A stretch of DNA of 64,000 nt from Schizochytrium sp. TIO01 (lineage: Eukaryota > Protista > Bigyra: Labyrinthulomycetes). The stretch covers positions 1,984,001 through 2,048,000 of the forward strand of contig SMSO01000032.1 in NCBI GenBank assembly GCA_004764695.1. Direction: 5' to 3'. Both the position numbers and the translations under genes were made by a program. Below, one piece after another: positions 42,006 through 54,569 of the stretch. The notes below the pieces were generated by a model. The model saw nothing but the letters and a program-made list of their open reading frames with translations. It made no database searches and had not been told where the DNA came from. The stretch's first letter is position 1, and the number at the start of each line of letters is the position of its first letter.

Positions 42006-45000
42006 GAGAGGGATGGAGGGATGCCACCAGGTCCCTGAAGAGAAAGCCCCGCTTCTCGTTCTTCTGTGTCCTGCCAACCGATGGAAGCTAGATGGTGCAT
42101 TAGATACACGCACGCATACTCCTGCTACTGGAAACCTGCAACTGCCACTATAGTACAACTATCTATGCACGGCTTAGATGGCTCTTCCCACAACGAAGTG
42201 GCTATGTTTTTTTAAAAATGTTTTTTTATTTTTTATTTTTTTTCCGAAAATCTTTCATTCTGAGGACCCTCAAACTAGAGACTTGCTCCGAAGGCGCTGA
42301 GCGGTCTTCTTCGAGACAGGCAGGCTCTGCTTTCGTTTTCGAAAGCGCGGCAAAGCCGTAGAGTCCTTTCTCTTCTCTGATTGGCAAAACTTGCCACAAA
42401 AACTTGTGCAGCGATTAAGAGAAAGTAAAAGCTGGGAAATAAACAGGGAAGCTATTGACTACCTGCCACACCCGAGAAACCCATGCTGAAACCGGAATAG
42501 TTTAAATCAGATAATACTAGACCGGGGTAGGATGACAACGCCCTAAAAAGTGTTTGGACGAAAGTCTACGGAGAGCGGCATTTCGAAAATGAATAATTGC
42601 AACAGTAGCAGTTTAACAGTTGAAGTTCCGGAGAGCTTGCTCCTTTATGAGTCAATATTTTCTTTTTATTAGAACGCATAGATTAAATAATATTTGGGCC
42701 TAGTCGAAGTAACAGTAAACTGGTTTTGATTGACGGTAGCTTTTGTGGTTATTATGAATATTCTATTCTTTTTATTAAATAAAACAAAGGGGGATAAAAT
42801 ATGCACGTGTCACTATAGACTGTATTTGGAAGTGGAAGTGCAAAATCTATTTTAATGCTTTTTTTCTTTCTTTTTTTTACTTTAAAAAATAGGACAGGTA
42901 GTGCCCAGCTGGATACATAAGGTAGATGCATCGTGTATTGTTCTGAACTCCTCAAAGAGGGAGAATTTTTTTGGTGAGGGAAGAAGGACTTTTGTTTATT
43001 GGCATGGTGGGTGAATCATGATATGAATAAATCCAAATTTGCCACTCATCGTGAGACACATGACTATTCAATCTGGATGCTCGCTCACCATTTTAAATCA
43101 CGATACCATTCTTGACTCCAATTCTTTATTGGTGGCAACTTTCATATGCAACGATGAACTTTGGGAGCAAAGTTGTGCGTTGGTTTGTTTCTACACCTGT
43201 GCATTGGTAATATCAAATGGAAGTGCAGCACATTTATTTGCTAGCAAGTTTATGTGCAAGCGCTGGTGCACTTTAACACGCTGGCGAAGAAGCACGCGAG
43301 GGATATTGTGTGTGCATGAATTGATTGTGACAAAAGGGCGATTGGCACCAAGGGCTGCGCGGAATTTGTGTGCATAAACTGGCAAGAGTTTCGTCCAGTT
43401 TCCTTCGGTGCTCCTCGACAACAAACCGGTGTATATGTAAAAATATTTACATAGAGATCATCTCTTTAGGCACAATTTCAATTGCAAAAGAGTGCCGATG
43501 TGAAAAGTAAAATACACGTATTACCTCTTCAGAAATGATAATACTTTATTCAGAGAAAGTTTTTTTTTTTTTAAAAGGTTTATTTCTTACTCCAGTAGAC
43601 TAGAGTAGTTTGTTGCGTAAGGTCCAATGCCGATATTTGGCAGGGGGGGGTTCGAGTAGACAGGTAGTGCAATTTCTCGAGAGGTTGTTTCTCTTAAAGG
43701 AATCGCAGCTGTCATTCGAAGATTCCAAGATTAAATGTTGATCCTTTGCCCAATATGGGCCCCGAGCACAGCAAGGAGAAACATTAGATATTTTGGGGAC
43801 ACCCGTTCTGAAAAACCTACACCTAGCCAGCACTGAGGACGAAACGCTCTATGTCTCACATTGGGAAACTTTAATGTTGAAGTTTAAGATTTTTGTTTTA
43901 TTTTTTATAATCATTTAGGCCTATATGTAAATATTAATATGCGTGGATTATAAATAATACGGTAAAAATATGGAGTTAAGAAGGGAGTCTCTCTTAAAGT
44001 AGAAGTTAGAATCTGCGTTTGCGCGTGGGATAATTAATTATCAAAATTTCTTTCAGCATATCATGCCTGGCCAAATGGGTGATTGTTTTGGTTGAAGGGA
44101 ATCAAACCGAAAGCCTTTAATGCATCCTCTGACTAAGTAATGATGGTGACTAAGTAGTGATGTGCTGTATGACAACTGATACAACCCTCCCTCGTCAGCA
44201 CCAACGTACGTAGCTACTCTCTCATAAACGTAGCTCTCATTTTAAAATAAAACATTATCAGATTTTAAAATAAAATATCATCAGAGCGTAGACGTGTCTT
44301 TTACTTATTGAGCAGTTCCTGCCTTTAATTGAAGGTATTTATTCTCCTCTGGTTGTTGGCCCGATCTTTTATATATATTTTTTTCTGTTCGGGAAATTTA
44401 TCTAATAGTACAGTTTAGTACAGTTTAGTAGTCTGGCCTCAGATGGGCTGCTATAAATTATAGTATTTGGTTCTAATGTGGATTATGCATTACAAGAAGC
44501 ATGCACTTTACTAAATGGCTAACTCCCAAGAAAACGGTATATTTACATGTCTTACAAAGGAGTGGTGAACGGTTTCCATATCTTTCCAGTATCAGCGTGT
44601 GCAAATGACGCATATATGCCTAGCTTCCACTCCAGATGTGGGCGTTCCAGCTATGGCGTTCCAGCTATGATGGTGTATGCAGGTATAAATTGCTTCTTCG
44701 AAGTACCCTACCTTCTGCATTTCTACAATCTACTCACGCTCTTGAAGTGCACGTGAACCTAATGTTATACCTATTTGCTCGGTTTAGTTTGAAATCAATT
44801 TTCTTCGATTTTCATCTTTTCACTAACCTTTCGCCGTGTTGGATTGAATCTATTGCAGGACGCTGTGTATAGGTTTTAATACAACCAATGATATTAAGCC
44901 GAAAATGAGCAATAAAATGATCCAAACCAAATCCGTAAATTCCTGGGTTCATAGTTTTCATGACACATCTCATAGTCTACGACCATGAGCTAATAATAAC

Positions 45001-47892
45001 CAATCCAATCACACTCACAGAAATCGCGTGGCTCCAATGCTTAATCAAATGTCCACCTCATATTCGACTTCACCTTCTGGTTGTAGCATCAGCCCTGTCT
45101 TTGAGCTTGCTGTATCCATACCCACACTGACAACGGGTGGTTGGCTACTTTACTTTCTGCCTGCCAACAAAATCTCAGGTTTCCTCAATTGTTGGTGACT
45201 ATTTGACTCTGCCACACATCCATTGATGAACGAAATTTTCTACAAAGGTTGAATAAACTTATCAAAAGCTCAGATGCAGTTGTTTTGCAGCCACTCTCTA
45301 GTTTCCTAGGTATTTTGTGCAAGTCCAAAAACATGATCTTTGGCTCTCTATGAGGATTTTGTAAAAATCAGTAGGTATCTATTACGAGTTGAAAGTTAGT
45401 GAGTTGAAAATATGTTGGACTTCGTAGTGATTTGCTTTGCCTCTTTCTTCACTGCCATGGAAAGGCTTTCCAAATCCTTAGCACAGCCGATCATATTCGA
45501 TAATGATGCCCGCTTGCTCGGAGCGTCAGTCAATCAGATAACCCGAGCTTATAGAATCTGTGATTGTCGTGCGACTTCAAGGATCACCAAAGCTTTTTCG
45601 AGATCCACACTCTGATCTGATACTTGCGCTTTCCGGATCTAAAGAACTTTTGATGCAATGACAACCAAATCTCTCCTTTCACAACCTGGGTAACTAACAA
45701 CACTGGCACGCGGGAGTGATACCGCACACATAAGCCTAATTAAAGACCTATTGCTAGAATTCGAGAATATTCTATATTTTGCAAATCCCAGATGTTTGTC
45801 TCAAAGTATATTAATCAGGGTACCAAAAGACTTAGTTAGAAATAAGAGGAACCTGTGTCATATACTTTAGATCATTTTTTTTAGAATTAAAAAAAATAAT
45901 CACACTTTTAAAAAAAAAGTGTGAACCTCCTCAGCTAGCAGTTTGTCCTTCTCTTATGTTAAGTTATGCTGTGGTATGTTATGTTCCGACAATTTAATAT
46001 GTTACACCAGGTCTTGAAATAGTTCGATGCCAATATAGCAGAGAAGAAGTCTACCTCAATACTATTATCCGCCACCATTATGATCAATATTCTTTTCTTT
46101 TTAAATCTTAAATAAACAAATAACTTGAAACAAATGACTTGTACGTGGATACGCTGTCACATTCCTTTCAACTTAAGTTTAGCATTTTCAGTCACTTTGC
46201 ACGGAAAAAGCTCATTTATATCTCTAAGCGAGGAGGACACACACACTCTAAGCCCTGTGAATCATTCATCCAGCGTTTATTTATTACCAAAACTTATAAC
46301 AAATTACAGGGAATCGGACGAAAGCATCGAGTTCTTGACCCCAAATACAAAGGAGCCTGTGTATTCGCTTAGCATAATACGCTTGAACCTTGGGGCGTAT
46401 AAGCTAGACTGCATATGAGGTCTGGGCAGTATTTTGGTGTTTGTTGTAAGTTTATTTGCAGAGTGGCTCGCAATAAACTTTGACAGATGAATTTGATTGT
46501 TTCAAGCTTCTTTTTGCAGAACATTGTACGCACGCGCGTTCGCATTTAAGATAAGAAACGAGAAGAAGAAACGTTCACGTAATCTTAAAAACTCTTATTA
46601 GTGGAAGGTGTACATAGATCATAAGATAAGTTAATGATTACTAGATCCTTGAAAATTTGTCCAGAAATAGCCTTTTAGTACACTTTCTAATTTAAGACGT
46701 AGTACTTTTCAGAAGTACTACATCTAAGCTCCTTACCACTCCGCTCCGACACGGTGAGTTAGATTAAAAAATACTGTTTTCACCAAAACCTGGTCTTTTG
46801 GCGATTTTAAGCCCATAACCATAAGGCCTGGTCTACAACTCCTGCGTTCTATCTATTAAAACTTTATCTAGAAGTCCAACCTCAACTTATTCAATCTAGG
46901 CCGTAACACGTAACAGACATCGGTTAGGTAATTATGATTATTCTGTTTGTCAATCCTGAGTGTACATGGATTTTTTAATGGCTCAGCTACGATATAAGAG
47001 CATGGTTCTTTCTGAAGCAGGGGTTTCTAAAGCGGGGACACGACTGAAAGTTAATTTCAGATTAGAGGAGTGCTTTGTAATAAAGATGAAGCAACTCTTC
47101 AATGTTTAAGTAAATCTCTGGTAACTACCGTGCATATGTGGCGAGCTATTTTCAAGTTCCTGAGTATCACTTTGTAAAGCAAGGACATCAATGTTTGACT
47201 CGGTCGACTGTCCTACTTGAAGAGTTCTTAGCCTTCTGCCTCTCTAGTTATTATAGCAGGATCCTTCATTTGTGACGATGATGAAGGAACTGGGGGATTT
47301 GGCTCTTGGTCATTGTTGTTCCCTTTGGGACTTGTTGAGATCTGTGATCCCTCTTTGTCTCTGTTCATTGGTGTCAAGACACATTGAGTCATCTTCGTCT
47401 GAGTAATTAGTTGCCGGATGTTACCTGGTGATAGTCCTTTGGCCAAGTCCTTTGCATGACTTATAATCTCGGTTGTTAATTGTGTTGTGTTGTGTTATGT
47501 TTGGAATATTAGGTGGGATGAAACATTTAGTTATAATAGTTGTTGTGGGTAATTGAGGTGTTGTCTGATCAGTTTCACCTTCAATTAGTCTACTATACTC
47601 CTCACGTGTCCAATAAAGATATCGGATGTCGAAGCGGTTTCTAAAGTCAATGCAGTTGACTGTTCTTCTCCGCCAGTGCAGATCATAAACCTTGACGTCA
47701 AATGTTTGGATGATTTTAGATTTGTCTTTAGGTAGTACATGGATAGCTCAATCATTGACATGTATCAGGAAAATGCATGTCTTCTAACCTCTGTGGAATG
47801 ACGAACGTCTTGAACACACATAGTGCTCCATATACAAGAAAATAGTTGTAAATTGGTGTTTTAGCATAATGTCGTTCATGCGGAGAGTTTCA

Positions 47893-48035
47893 GAAGTAAT
47901 ATTTTCATGCTACGAATCCTCGACCAAGAACTTAAGATATGTTTAAAATTGGCTCCTAATAATGCCATTCTAAATTGTAGCGCAAGCCATTCGTAAGTTC
48001 TTGGTCGAGGATTCGTAGCATGAGAATATTACTTC
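47893..48035. repeat. 42-bp inverted repeat with a 59-nt spacer (hairpin)
   Basis: Left arm 47893-47934 GAAGTAATATTTTCATGCTACGAATCCTCGACCAAGAACTTA. Right arm 47994-48035 is its reverse complement with one mismatch. Confidence 0.95.
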
Positions 48036-49277
48036 AATGAAAATGCATGTTACCACTGTAGAGTATGAATCAAAGCTGCAGATGTTCTGCCCATAAAGTA
48101 GACAGCTTCATTCGTGCGAATTGTGATATTCGACATATGTGTACCATGTAACCAGGGTTTTGCAAAAGCATGAAGTGTGTCTCAAACTTGATCTCATAAA
48201 ATATACATAAAGTAAAGATCTCTGTAGCTAGTGGCATATCTCAGCTTATTGGGTAATCTTAGAACGTGAAATGGTCCCATCACTTCGCCTGAGTTTACCA
48301 TCTTATCAGACTACCTACCTCTGTACGCTCCCCAATCTGCAATAGGTTTATGTTAGGGTTGCACCTGTATAAATATAAATAGTAGAATATACGCATGGTC
48401 TCAGTGTCATTCGGGGTGAATTTTCCTAGGGTATACGCACACCATGAATGTGCTAGAAAGCGCCTTACAAATATCTGTTGGCCAAATAATCAAAATCCGC
48501 ATCTTTGGTGTGGTTTCTTGAACTAGAAAGCTGATCCCAATGGATCAGTGTTTTGAAGGCCACAGAAATATATCTCCAGTAGAGTTTATCAACAAAGCAC
48601 GTATGCAATGACCAAAGATTCTGCAAGTAAGAAATGACAAGCGTTGATCAGGTATCGCAAATCTCATTCGGACAACTAAGAGTAATAGTCTCCTACACTA
48701 TTGTGAACTTCCGCCATGATAGTTTTTAGTGTGTTCCACATAAATAGCGATATTTATGGAAAATTGTGCTTTAACAACAAAGAGGTATATTTTACATACT
48801 AGCCTAATAAACAGACCTTTTTAATAGAATTTCAAGTTGATTTGAACTTCTGCCGCACCACCTTGGACCAAAAAGGTCTAGCTAGGTTTAACTGTAGGAG
48901 TAGGTCCTATTAATATTATAGGTATTGTTGTCTATGTTTCAGCCTAAGACTTTGATAGCATTAGCTACCTCTTCTCAACGGTTCTTCACTTCGTTTAGAA
49001 AAGTTGGGCTTAAGCAATTGGAGCTTTGCTTCTCAGTTTCTTCCTTTGTAGACGCGGAGAGAGCATCGAGAATGTGCGCAAAATTAAACAGATAATAAAT
49101 CTTTGCGTTGTAAATCAGGAAAGGGCGAGATTAACAACAACTCACAGTCAAGCGAAGAAAGCAAGCTGAAGAAGTGGTATTGTACGTTGTTGCATCGTCA
49201 TCAGGTGGACGAGGCGGAAAGGAGAACGAAGCAGTGGAAGCCCACATAGACGGTGCATACATGGACTCGTGAGTAAA

Positions 49278-49772
49278 ATGGAGTATGCGGATGAAGAAGG
49301 CGTCGTCCCGCGTGGTTACGTACTTGCCCGATCATCCACAAGTACAAGCTTGCAAGTCTGCCTTCACTTTAACATGTACATGTCCTTAATTTTCCTAGTC
49401 CTTGAAAGCATTATGCTTTCAAATAAGCTTCAACACTACGAATTAGATGTTTTTGGACAAGTTTTAGCACCCTTAGCGTTTGGCGTATGGTGCGCCTCAG
49501 AGTTTTTCAGGCTATGGTTTGGTTTTACAGGAAATTTACAGGAGAAGTTACCACAAATGTCGGTTTTTCTACTGCTTTCGTTGTTTCCTCAGCTACCATG
49601 TCTCCTGTATTTAATGCAGCTCCAGGATCTACAATTACCAATGGAAAAAATACTTGGAGGTATCATGTTTGCGTTCACTGGATTCGAGTTGATCATAGGC
49701 TATCATGCAATGCAAGCACTTGTGAAAAAGCAAACAGTGACCTATTCCAGACTCATTGAACATGAGGAGTAG
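49278..49772 (+). CDS. TMEM17: TMEM17/TMEM216-family ciliary transition-zone membrane protein (~164 aa)
   Basis: aaaATGg at 49278. Four hydrophobic segments. SLQVCLHFN...EFFRLWFGFTGNLQEKLPQMSVFLLLSLFPQLP matches the family signature RLYLGYxGNLxEKVP. Confidence 0.8.
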   Translation: MEYADEEGVVPRGYVLARSSTSTSLQVCLHFNMYMSLIFLVLESIMLSNKLQHYELDVFGQVLAPLAFGVWCASEFFRLWFGFTGNLQEKLPQMSVFLLLSLFPQLPCLLYLMQLQDLQLPMEKILGGIMFAFTGFELIIGYHAMQALVKKQTVTYSRLIEHEE

Positions 49773-50171
49773 GATGACTGTAGTATCAAATGTTACCATT
49801 ATGAAGCATCGTGGAAGTCGAATTGACGACTTGTTGGATCCCGGATTCTCACAAATTCCTTCTCTATTCATTTAAAACCTGAAAACCTAAAATCGTATAT
49901 CTGTTTGTTTAATTTATTATTTGATTGGCAGATTTACACCTTTCATATGTGTTGTTCGTTGATTGAATGTTTAGTTGCTCACTTGTTTAATTACTTCTTG
50001 TTTTTTTTGCTTATATAGTTTCAGATCTAGCTGTTTATATACATTTGCTGTTTAAACAAACATGCATAACTTTTCCTTCTTTTCTGAAAGGAATTGTTAC
50101 TTGCTTGTGCACTTGGTTTTTCATGTTTGTTTACAAACTCTAACTTGCAGCTAAGAAAGTCGTGGTAGCTT

Positions 50172-53100
50172 TTATCTTTGTGGAGGGCACTGAAAGTTGC
50201 GCATCGGGAAACCTGCAGGTATAAAGTTGAGAGCCTGGAAATGGTCAAGTGTCTGGTGATGTTGGTTATGTGCATTAGACGAAGTATTTCCCTGCTGCTG
50301 CTGTAGAGGGAAAAAACCAAGGTTGACTGGTTGGGGGAAAGAGTGAGTCTGATTTAGTTGAGTAGAAGACGTTTGTAGTTGCATCCCTTGCTGGTGTGGT
50401 TGGATCATGATTTGATTGAACGGTACGGGGGCACTAGTCAATGAGGTTTGAGCCAGGCTCAAAGAAGGCATCAGAGTGAGACCCTCTGGCCATTGCTGAG
50501 GCTGAAGTTGCTGACTTTGCTGTACAAAGAGTGGGTGTTGATTTTGGAGATCTGTTTGTTGTAGCTGATGGATCGAATCTTGAGTCCGAAGTTCGATTGC
50601 ATTCAGCGCCTGAGAAAGGCTCTGCGGGTTCTGATGCTGTTGTTGTAAATCTTTGACTTGCCGCATCAGATTTTGTAGAGCAGGCTGGGCTTCAATCTGC
50701 TTGTAAAATTCCATTGCCTGTCTTTGATTCTGAAGAAAAGAGGCCGATTGATCTGGCGTAATGGTTGGAGACGCCGTTGGAACCTGCTTCGGCTGTTTAT
50801 TATGTGAATCTGGTCCACGCAAGCTGCTACCACTCGATTGGCCTAAACTAGCTTGATTGGAAACTATTGGCTGAGACAAGGTCTTCCTTTCATAGACACT
50901 AGCAGAACTGGTTGTCGTGTGCCTGTTCCTCTGTGTCAGAGAGCCAGGCGAATCAGAAGTATCATGTGACTTTTGAATCACCGTGTTTGGTGTAGGCCTA
51001 GAGTTCATTGGTTCATCCAAGCTCCGGCTTTGCATGTTGACTGGAGTTGGTCGTTTAAAGTGAAGTAGTACCATAAACGCTTTAGCAAAGTTGCGACTGT
51101 CAATGGGAGAATCGCGTAGATTTTTTCGATAATTTATTAGACGCAAGAGTCGAGTTTGAAGTTTACGTCCATTTCGGATTCGTGACATTGGCGGGAAGTC
51201 AGCCTCAGAGTGGCCACTTGGATAGTACAACGACGGGTCCTTTGAGCTGGGCTCCGGATTTTCGTATCGAACTGCTGTCTGCCGAGAACTGGAATCACTG
51301 ATAATGTTGGTTGAGAGAGAACTTGGCTTTGCTGCCAGTGTTTGGTGGCCAGTGTCCTCTTCATGATTGTACTGCTGCCATGTTGGAGAAGGTGACGCAC
51401 CATGCAATGATTCCTTCAAGCTTGATGGAGCTGACTTTGGAACTAGAGCCTCGCCCTGCAAGAAGCGCACATGGTCTTTTGCGGCCATATATTGCTCGGA
51501 AAGAAGAGTTAAATAAGGCCGAAGAGAAGCATTGCGGGAAGTCTCCTCAAAAAGAGTCTGCTGGGCACTAACTTCTTTGTCAAATCGAGAGAGGACATTT
51601 CGAAACCAGGACTTATTAGAAAAATATTCAGTAGTTTTCTCTGCAGCATCAACTACTTTGCTCCGTACACGTTCGAGATACCATTTTGCAAGCGCTACTG
51701 TAATACTACATAGAGTTACATCTTGGCCATCAGCATGCCGTAACCAATGAAAGAGGACAAAGGGAGTAGGAATATCTGCCTTGGTTGCAATTTGGGTTGG
51801 CGATAAAGAGTATCTCTCCATATGCACAATGATTTGAAGACGTACACGGAATTCGTGCGGCGGCGTTTCGCTGAAGTCAACATTACTCGTGACTACGCCA
51901 CCAGGTGGAGGAAGTACCCCTCGGTCATTCATACAACGCAGCCAGTAGGTTACTGCTGTAGAAACGTGAACGTCCTCATTGCCCTTTAACCACTCTTCAA
52001 GCTGGACTGGAAACAAACATAGCAGTTCTGCCACTTGTCGCGACTCGAGATTAAGTCGGTCCATCACTCCTTCAACTTGGTCACGGAGCTCATCGTCGTC
52101 GAGATTGATTGTGCCCTTATTACCACCTTCTTCGTCTGAGTCGTTATCATGGACATCTGTTCTTGGCGAAATTGGTCTGTTTGACTGATTACGGGCATCC
52201 AATTGCGTGCAATCCTCATCGTTGCTGTTTTGGACATGAGCTTTTCCAGTCGGTTGGTTCTGCTCACTACGAGAGACTCCAGCGGGGAAAGTCCAACAAG
52301 ATGAGGTTGATGACCTGGGATTCGAAATCTTGCTTCTTCGGGGACTCAAGCCGGAATCGCTATTTTCTTCTTCGTCGCTGTTGTCTGGAAGGCGACTTGA
52401 ACAAGACGAAGATGATCTTCTCTCTTTGCCATTGCGTCGTGACGTATTCTTCTGTGATGCAGATAGATCTAAAACGGCAGACGATTCGGACGAAGAAGTA
52501 GAGGAGAACGAGGTTGCAGATGCTAAGCTATCATTTCTTCCTTTCTGGCGTTTTGTTAAAGATGGAGACACAACCTGGTTTGATTGAGAATGACTTGAAT
52601 TTCGCCGTTTGCGAGATATATTCGATAAATGTTCCTGTATAGAAATTGAATGGATTAACCAAGGTACGACGTTGGCAATGCTAGCAAAGCGAGACGTGCA
52701 ATTAATAGGTAGTGGCTCAAAATCTTCACTGTGAGCGCCCGCTAAGCTGAAGCGAACCTTTGCAAAGTGAACATCGTTGTCATTTTCCTCACTCTCCAAA
52801 GTGAATAAAAAGAGACCCTGGTTTTGATTGGAGGAGATCGTACAGTTTGGGTGTTGTATCATGTATACTTGGGCTGGGTATTTTGAACCATCTGTGCACT
52901 GCGCAGTTGCTGTGAGACTAGACATAGTTTCAGAATCCCAGTTCAAGTTGCCTACGGTAAAGCAGTTAACTGCCCACACAGTGTAGACTGTAGTACTTGG
53001 AGAAAGGAACACGTGAATTAGTCTAGGACTTCCATTTATAAGGATTCGAGGTGGGAGCGAGGGCCTTTTGACAATTGTCGAGAATGTTTGCTGCATTTCA

Positions 53101-54569
53101 AGCACGCGAGATTTCTCATTCGACGAAAGCCCACATAGCCCTTGGCTACTGAGAGCTCCTAAATCGTATGCTATGTCATGGTGCGGCTTAAATGGCCCCA
53201 TGCTGGCTCTAGACCAGACCATTTCAGGGCGAGGCCAAGCAATAGGTGAACGTTTGATGTAAAGAGGAGGAGTTGTAACGCGTTGGTTCATGTCCTCACT
53301 CTTGTACTTTTTGAGGGTGCAATTAACAACAAGTGGGTGTGGTAATGGCGTTGGAAGCTCTGTTGAATCGATTGGACATGCTAGTGTAAAGAAAACTTCA
53401 CTGGCAAGTCCATTGGGTCGACGATACAAGCGGGGCATTAAAATCATGTTAGGTTCAGTGTAAGGGCGAGAGCCTGCACAAGATAGCTCCGGAATTTGTT
53501 GTGAGAAAGAAATATGACGAAATACATCTTTGGGAGGAATGTTCATGTAAACCATTTGCTGAATCGGATGACGAATCAAAACGTCTAGCTGCACTTCTGC
53601 TCCCCAAGCAATAGGAATGTAGGTGGGTCTCTCATTTGTGCCTATGTTAAATGCGAGCTGCAAACGGAAGTACACCCGCCCATCCCCAACATCTGTTCTC
53701 TCCATGCCAACAATGTCGAAAGACTTTGGAGTTGGGAAATGTGCATGCGAGTTTACCTCGAAGCGGTTTCTCCACTTCCTCCAGCGGCTCTGATAGCTCC
53801 TTACATTTGCTTCTCCCTTTGTGCCAACCATGAGCGTGATGCGGGTGATGTCGGTGGAGGGGTACAATATCCTAGCTAGTTCGTATCGTCTGTTTTCAAG
53901 TGATGTCCACGGCTCAAGGTTATCTGGCAAGACGTTATGCACTTCTTTGCCACACACTTGAATGCTGAAAAAACCGACTTTAAAATGTCTTTTTGCATGC
54001 GCAATCACTTCAGCCTCAGTTACTTTCTCCGAAATCACTTTAGCCACCTTCACGAAATCGTTTCCGTATACGCACAGTCCTTCGATGAATTCCAAGTGTG
54101 ATTTTAGATCCCATCCCGAGAGCATCTCTACATTCATCGCTTGCAACTTTTTGTCATTCTCGCCACCATCTGCAACTTGCACTCTTCCATTTGGATCGCT
54201 CCAGGTACGCGACATTCCAAACGCTTGCCCTCCTTCGCTTCTGTCATTGTCTTCTCTTAATGCGCTACTATGAACATTGTTCAAGTTCTTTTCGCTGTCG
54301 CTTTCCGTGCCGCCGTTGTCGCTGCGGACCCGGGGGACCCACCAAGATGTTGGCAGCTTCTCAGGAGACATCTCTTTCGGCACACAGCCGCCGCCTACTA
54401 AAGAGACTACTTGGGTGGATGTGGCTAGCCTACCACTCAAACCTCGTGCGTGGTCGGCTGCCGCCAAGTTGCGAGCTCTTCCGTTTTCCGTCTGCTCGTT
54501 CTCTGTCTCTGTCTCTGTCTCCTGCTCTCTGATTGTGCGTCCCTTTTTCCTGTTTGTTATTGTCAACAT
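50172..54569 (-). CDS. Putative transcription factor: two N-terminal Myb/SANT-like domains, two HTH-like repeats, Ser-rich linker, Gln-rich C-terminus (1465 aa)
   Basis: WDLKSHLEFIEGLCVYGNDFVKVAKVI...EVIAHAKRHF is a SHAQKYF-class Myb pattern. Second unit WTSLENRRYELARILY...GTKGEANVRSY. Basic RKRR NLS-like motif and Q-rich tail. Confidence 0.75.
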   Translation of the reverse strand: MLTITNRKKGRTIREQETETETENEQTENGRARNLAAADHARGLSGRLATSTQVVSLVGGGCVPKEMSPEKLPTSWWVPRVRSDNGGTESDSEKNLNNVHSSALREDNDRSEGGQAFGMSRTWSDPNGRVQVADGGENDKKLQAMNVEMLSGWDLKSHLEFIEGLCVYGNDFVKVAKVISEKVTEAEVIAHAKRHFKVGFFSIQVCGKEVHNVLPDNLEPWTSLENRRYELARILYPSTDITRITLMVGTKGEANVRSYQSRWRKWRNRFEVNSHAHFPTPKSFDIVGMERTDVGDGRVYFRLQLAFNIGTNERPTYIPIAWGAEVQLDVLIRHPIQQMVYMNIPPKDVFRHISFSQQIPELSCAGSRPYTEPNMILMPRLYRRPNGLASEVFFTLACPIDSTELPTPLPHPLVVNCTLKKYKSEDMNQRVTTPPLYIKRSPIAWPRPEMVWSRASMGPFKPHHDIAYDLGALSSQGLCGLSSNEKSRVLEMQQTFSTIVKRPSLPPRILINGSPRLIHVFLSPSTTVYTVWAVNCFTVGNLNWDSETMSSLTATAQCTDGSKYPAQVYMIQHPNCTISSNQNQGLFLFTLESEENDNDVHFAKVRFSLAGAHSEDFEPLPINCTSRFASIANVVPWLIHSISIQEHLSNISRKRRNSSHSQSNQVVSPSLTKRQKGRNDSLASATSFSSTSSSESSAVLDLSASQKNTSRRNGKERRSSSSCSSRLPDNSDEEENSDSGLSPRRSKISNPRSSTSSCWTFPAGVSRSEQNQPTGKAHVQNSNDEDCTQLDARNQSNRPISPRTDVHDNDSDEEGGNKGTINLDDDELRDQVEGVMDRLNLESRQVAELLCLFPVQLEEWLKGNEDVHVSTAVTYWLRCMNDRGVLPPPGGVVTSNVDFSETPPHEFRVRLQIIVHMERYSLSPTQIATKADIPTPFVLFHWLRHADGQDVTLCSITVALAKWYLERVRSKVVDAAEKTTEYFSNKSWFRNVLSRFDKEVSAQQTLFEETSRNASLRPYLTLLSEQYMAAKDHVRFLQGEALVPKSAPSSLKESLHGASPSPTWQQYNHEEDTGHQTLAAKPSSLSTNIISDSSSRQTAVRYENPEPSSKDPSLYYPSGHSEADFPPMSRIRNGRKLQTRLLRLINYRKNLRDSPIDSRNFAKAFMVLLHFKRPTPVNMQSRSLDEPMNSRPTPNTVIQKSHDTSDSPGSLTQRNRHTTTSSASVYERKTLSQPIVSNQASLGQSSGSSLRGPDSHNKQPKQVPTASPTITPDQSASFLQNQRQAMEFYKQIEAQPALQNLMRQVKDLQQQHQNPQSLSQALNAIELRTQDSIHQLQQTDLQNQHPLFVQQSQQLQPQQWPEGLTLMPSLSLAQTSLTSAPVPFNQIMIQPHQQGMQLQTSSTQLNQTHSFPQPVNLGFFPLQQQQGNTSSNAHNQHHQTLDHFQALNFIPAGFPMRNFQCPPQR

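Noticed and set aside
43000-47880. Possible retrotransposon or membrane-protein remnants
   Set aside because: Short protein-like fragments, but no RT, integrase, RNase H or LTR signature seen.
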